The notes under the pieces are model-generated. The model was not told where the DNA came from, did not search any database, and worked only from the letters and a program-made list of their open reading frames with translations. 64,000 bases of DNA from NCBI RefSeq assembly GCF_009914755.1, contig NC_060936.1. One strand, 5' to 3'. The translations under genes were made by a program, and so were the position numbers. Shown piece by piece: positions 61,900 through 64,000 of the stretch. The stretch is from the human T2T-CHM13v2.0 reference genome, Homo sapiens. The number at the start of each line of letters is the position of its first letter. Positions within the stretch are counted from its first letter, which is position 1.

Positions 61900-62798
61900 C
61901 TTTGTGGTTTTATCTACTTTTGGTCTTTGATGATGGTGATATACAGATGGGTTTTCGGTGTGGATGTCCTTTCTGTTTGTTAGTTTCCCTTCTAACAGAC
62001 AGGACCCTCAGCTGAAGGTCTGTTGGAATACCCTGCCGTGTGAGGTGTCAGTGTGCCCCTGCTGGGGGGTGCCTCCCAGTTAGGCTGCTCGGGGGTCAGG
62101 GGTCAGGGACCCACTTGAGGAGGCAGTCTGCCTGTTCTCAGATCTCCAGCTGCGTGCTGGGAGAACCACTGCTCTCTTCAAAGCTGTCAGACAGGGACAT
62201 TTAAGTCTGCAGAGGTTACTGCTGTCTTTTTGTTTGTCTGTGCCCTGCCACCATAGGTGGAGCCTACAGAGGCAGGTAGGCCTCCTTGAGCTGTGGTGGG
62301 CTCCACCCAGTTCGAGCTTCCCGGCTGCTTTGTTTACCTAAGGAAGCCTGGGCGATGGCGGGCGCCCCTCCCCCAGCCTCGCTGCCGCCTTGCAGTTTGA
62401 TCTCAGACTGCTGTACTAGCAATCAGTGAGACTCCGTGGGCGTAGGACCCTCCGAGGCAGGTGTGGGATATAGTCTCGTGGTGCGCCGTTTTTTAAGCCG
62501 GTCTGAAATGCGCAATATTCGGGTGGGAGTGACCCGATTTTCCAGGTGCGTCCGTCAGCCCTTTCTTTGACTCGGAAAGGGAACTCCCTGACCCCTTGCG
62601 CTTCCCAGGTGAGGCAATGCCTCGCCCTGCTTCGGCTCGCGCACGGTGCGCGCACCCACTGACCTGCGCCCACTGTCTGGCACTCCCTAGTGAGATGAAC
62701 CCGGTACCTCAGATGGAAATGCAGAAATCACCTGTCTTCTGTGTCGCTCACGCTGGGAGCTGTAGACCGGAGCTGTTCCTATTCGGCCATCTTGGCTC
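61900..62798. promoter_or_regulatory. L1 5'UTR bidirectional promoter (sense promoter on -, antisense promoter on +), CpG-rich, YY1 site intact
   Basis: YY1 motif CAAGATGGCCG on - strand at 62784-62794; highest CpG density in the window outside Alus; promoter function is established for primate L1 5'UTRs. Confidence 0.75.
62355..62570 (+). pseudogene. L1 ORF0 frame (antisense to L1), truncated to 24 aa
   Basis: ATG at 62355 reads MAGAPPPASLPPCSLISDCCTSNQ then TGA at 62427-62429; the normal 71-codon stop is still in frame at 62568-62570. Confidence 0.85.
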
Positions 62799-63685
62799 GA
62801 GAGTCTGAAAACCAAGATTCTTTAATACCCATTTTTCCTATTAAAGTTATCATTCAAAATGGAAAAAATAAACTTATTTTCCCCTTAGTAAATTATAATT
62901 TTTTTCTTGATAATAATTTCTTTCTTGCCCAATTATTGTGAGTTTTCATGAGGTGTCACATATTAATGTGCCTGTCATGGTTCCTAGAATAACATAAACA
63001 ACAAATGGTGAGTATTATAGTAATAGTTGCATTGGGCTGGAAAACCAATATTCAGTTGCTTTGCTAACTTTTAAAACCACCGTTAATGTAGGAAAGAATG
63101 CACATATTAGAAGGTAAATCATAAATGTAATGTCTTTCCAGGAATTTAGCAATTTTAGCCTAAACTGTTTTGAAAAGACTTTTCTTATTTGTAGGTTTAG
63201 AATATTTTCTGAGCCTCTAGAGTTTATATGCTCAGTCCTTTTTTCGTTCTAAAGTTCAGTTGATTGGACTAGATAAGCTGCAGGACTCCCATTACAGTAG
63301 CACAGGATAAGGGCAATTTGAGATGGTGGCTTTTACAATAGTGACACTGAAAATGTTAAGCCTCACAAAATGCAGCATTCTTAAGACCATTATCTCCTAA
63401 GATATTTAACTATTCAATTTTGAGTTTGGATTAGGTTGAAAAACAAGCCCTCTACCTTGGTGTAAATCTGCTTACTTGATAAGTGCCTTGTTAATCTGCT
63501 TTGGGAATTTTCAGAGCTCTAATAGGAAATTATTTTGGGGGGAAGCTCCTGAAGTGATTATAAGAAAATAATTAAAGATTATTTAGTCTTGGCAATGTTA
63601 TAAAAATAATTAGCTTTAGTAATTTAAACTTGAAAGAATTCAAAATCCTCTTTTAAATCTTAAATGCCATTTATTCAATCTTTCA

Positions 63686-63755
63686 AACAACCCAATTGCC
63701 CATCAGTGATAGACTGGATAAAGAAAATGTGGCACATATACATCATGGAATAACT
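63686..63755 (+). mobile_element. Isolated ~70-bp L1PA ORF2 3' fragment
   Basis: AACAACCCAATTGCCCATCAGTGATAGACTGGATAAAGAAAATGTGGCACATATACATCATGGAATA. Confidence 0.8.
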
Positions 63756-64000
63756 ACGTTTTGGATTCTTATTGCAAGAACTGCTGAGGAACCATTAAAA
63801 TACTTTTGATTACTATAGATTATTGGTATTGGTTTTATTCCAGTATGTGGATAATCAAGAGTATGATCTTTTGGAAACAGCTTTCATATTTATTGTTTTT
63901 GTGGTGATAGAATTTTATCTGTTTTAACAGGACTTATTAAATTCTAAAAGGCCTGGAATGTTTTGTGTGTGAGTGAAAAAATACACGGATTATGGGGAAA

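Noticed and set aside
63911-63950. Acceptor-like TTTTAACAG|GACTT as the next OTOGL exon
   Set aside because: In the required phase it reads K-T-Y-stop and has none of the cysteine pattern expected for the rest of the C8 domain; the next exon lies beyond the window.

Overview
This is primate (very likely human) genomic DNA covering the 5' part of OTOGL (otogelin-like, inner-ear secreted glycoprotein) on the + strand. Ten coding exons (22029-52053) splice in frame at GT-AG junctions into 350 codons: hydrophobic leader, RQKR furin-type site, EGF-like module, VWD1 and the start of C8. The next exon is not in the window. The rest is intron rich in Alu, L1, L2/MIR, LTR and hAT elements. The strongest unexplained structure is a full-length antisense L1PA2-like element (56772-62798) whose true target-site duplication (TSD) lies 1.1 kb beyond its own poly(A). 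It therefore carries a 3' transduction, and apparently also a 7-nt 5' remnant of its parent's TSD. Other leads are a candidate upstream exon that would extend OTOGL in frame, a MER41 LTR with two intact GAS/STAT motifs, a (TG)n acceptor, and an L1 antisense promoter pointing down the gene. I see no evidence of a new multi-gene system. Repeat subfamily names come from recalled consensus features and need RepeatMasker/Dfam confirmation.
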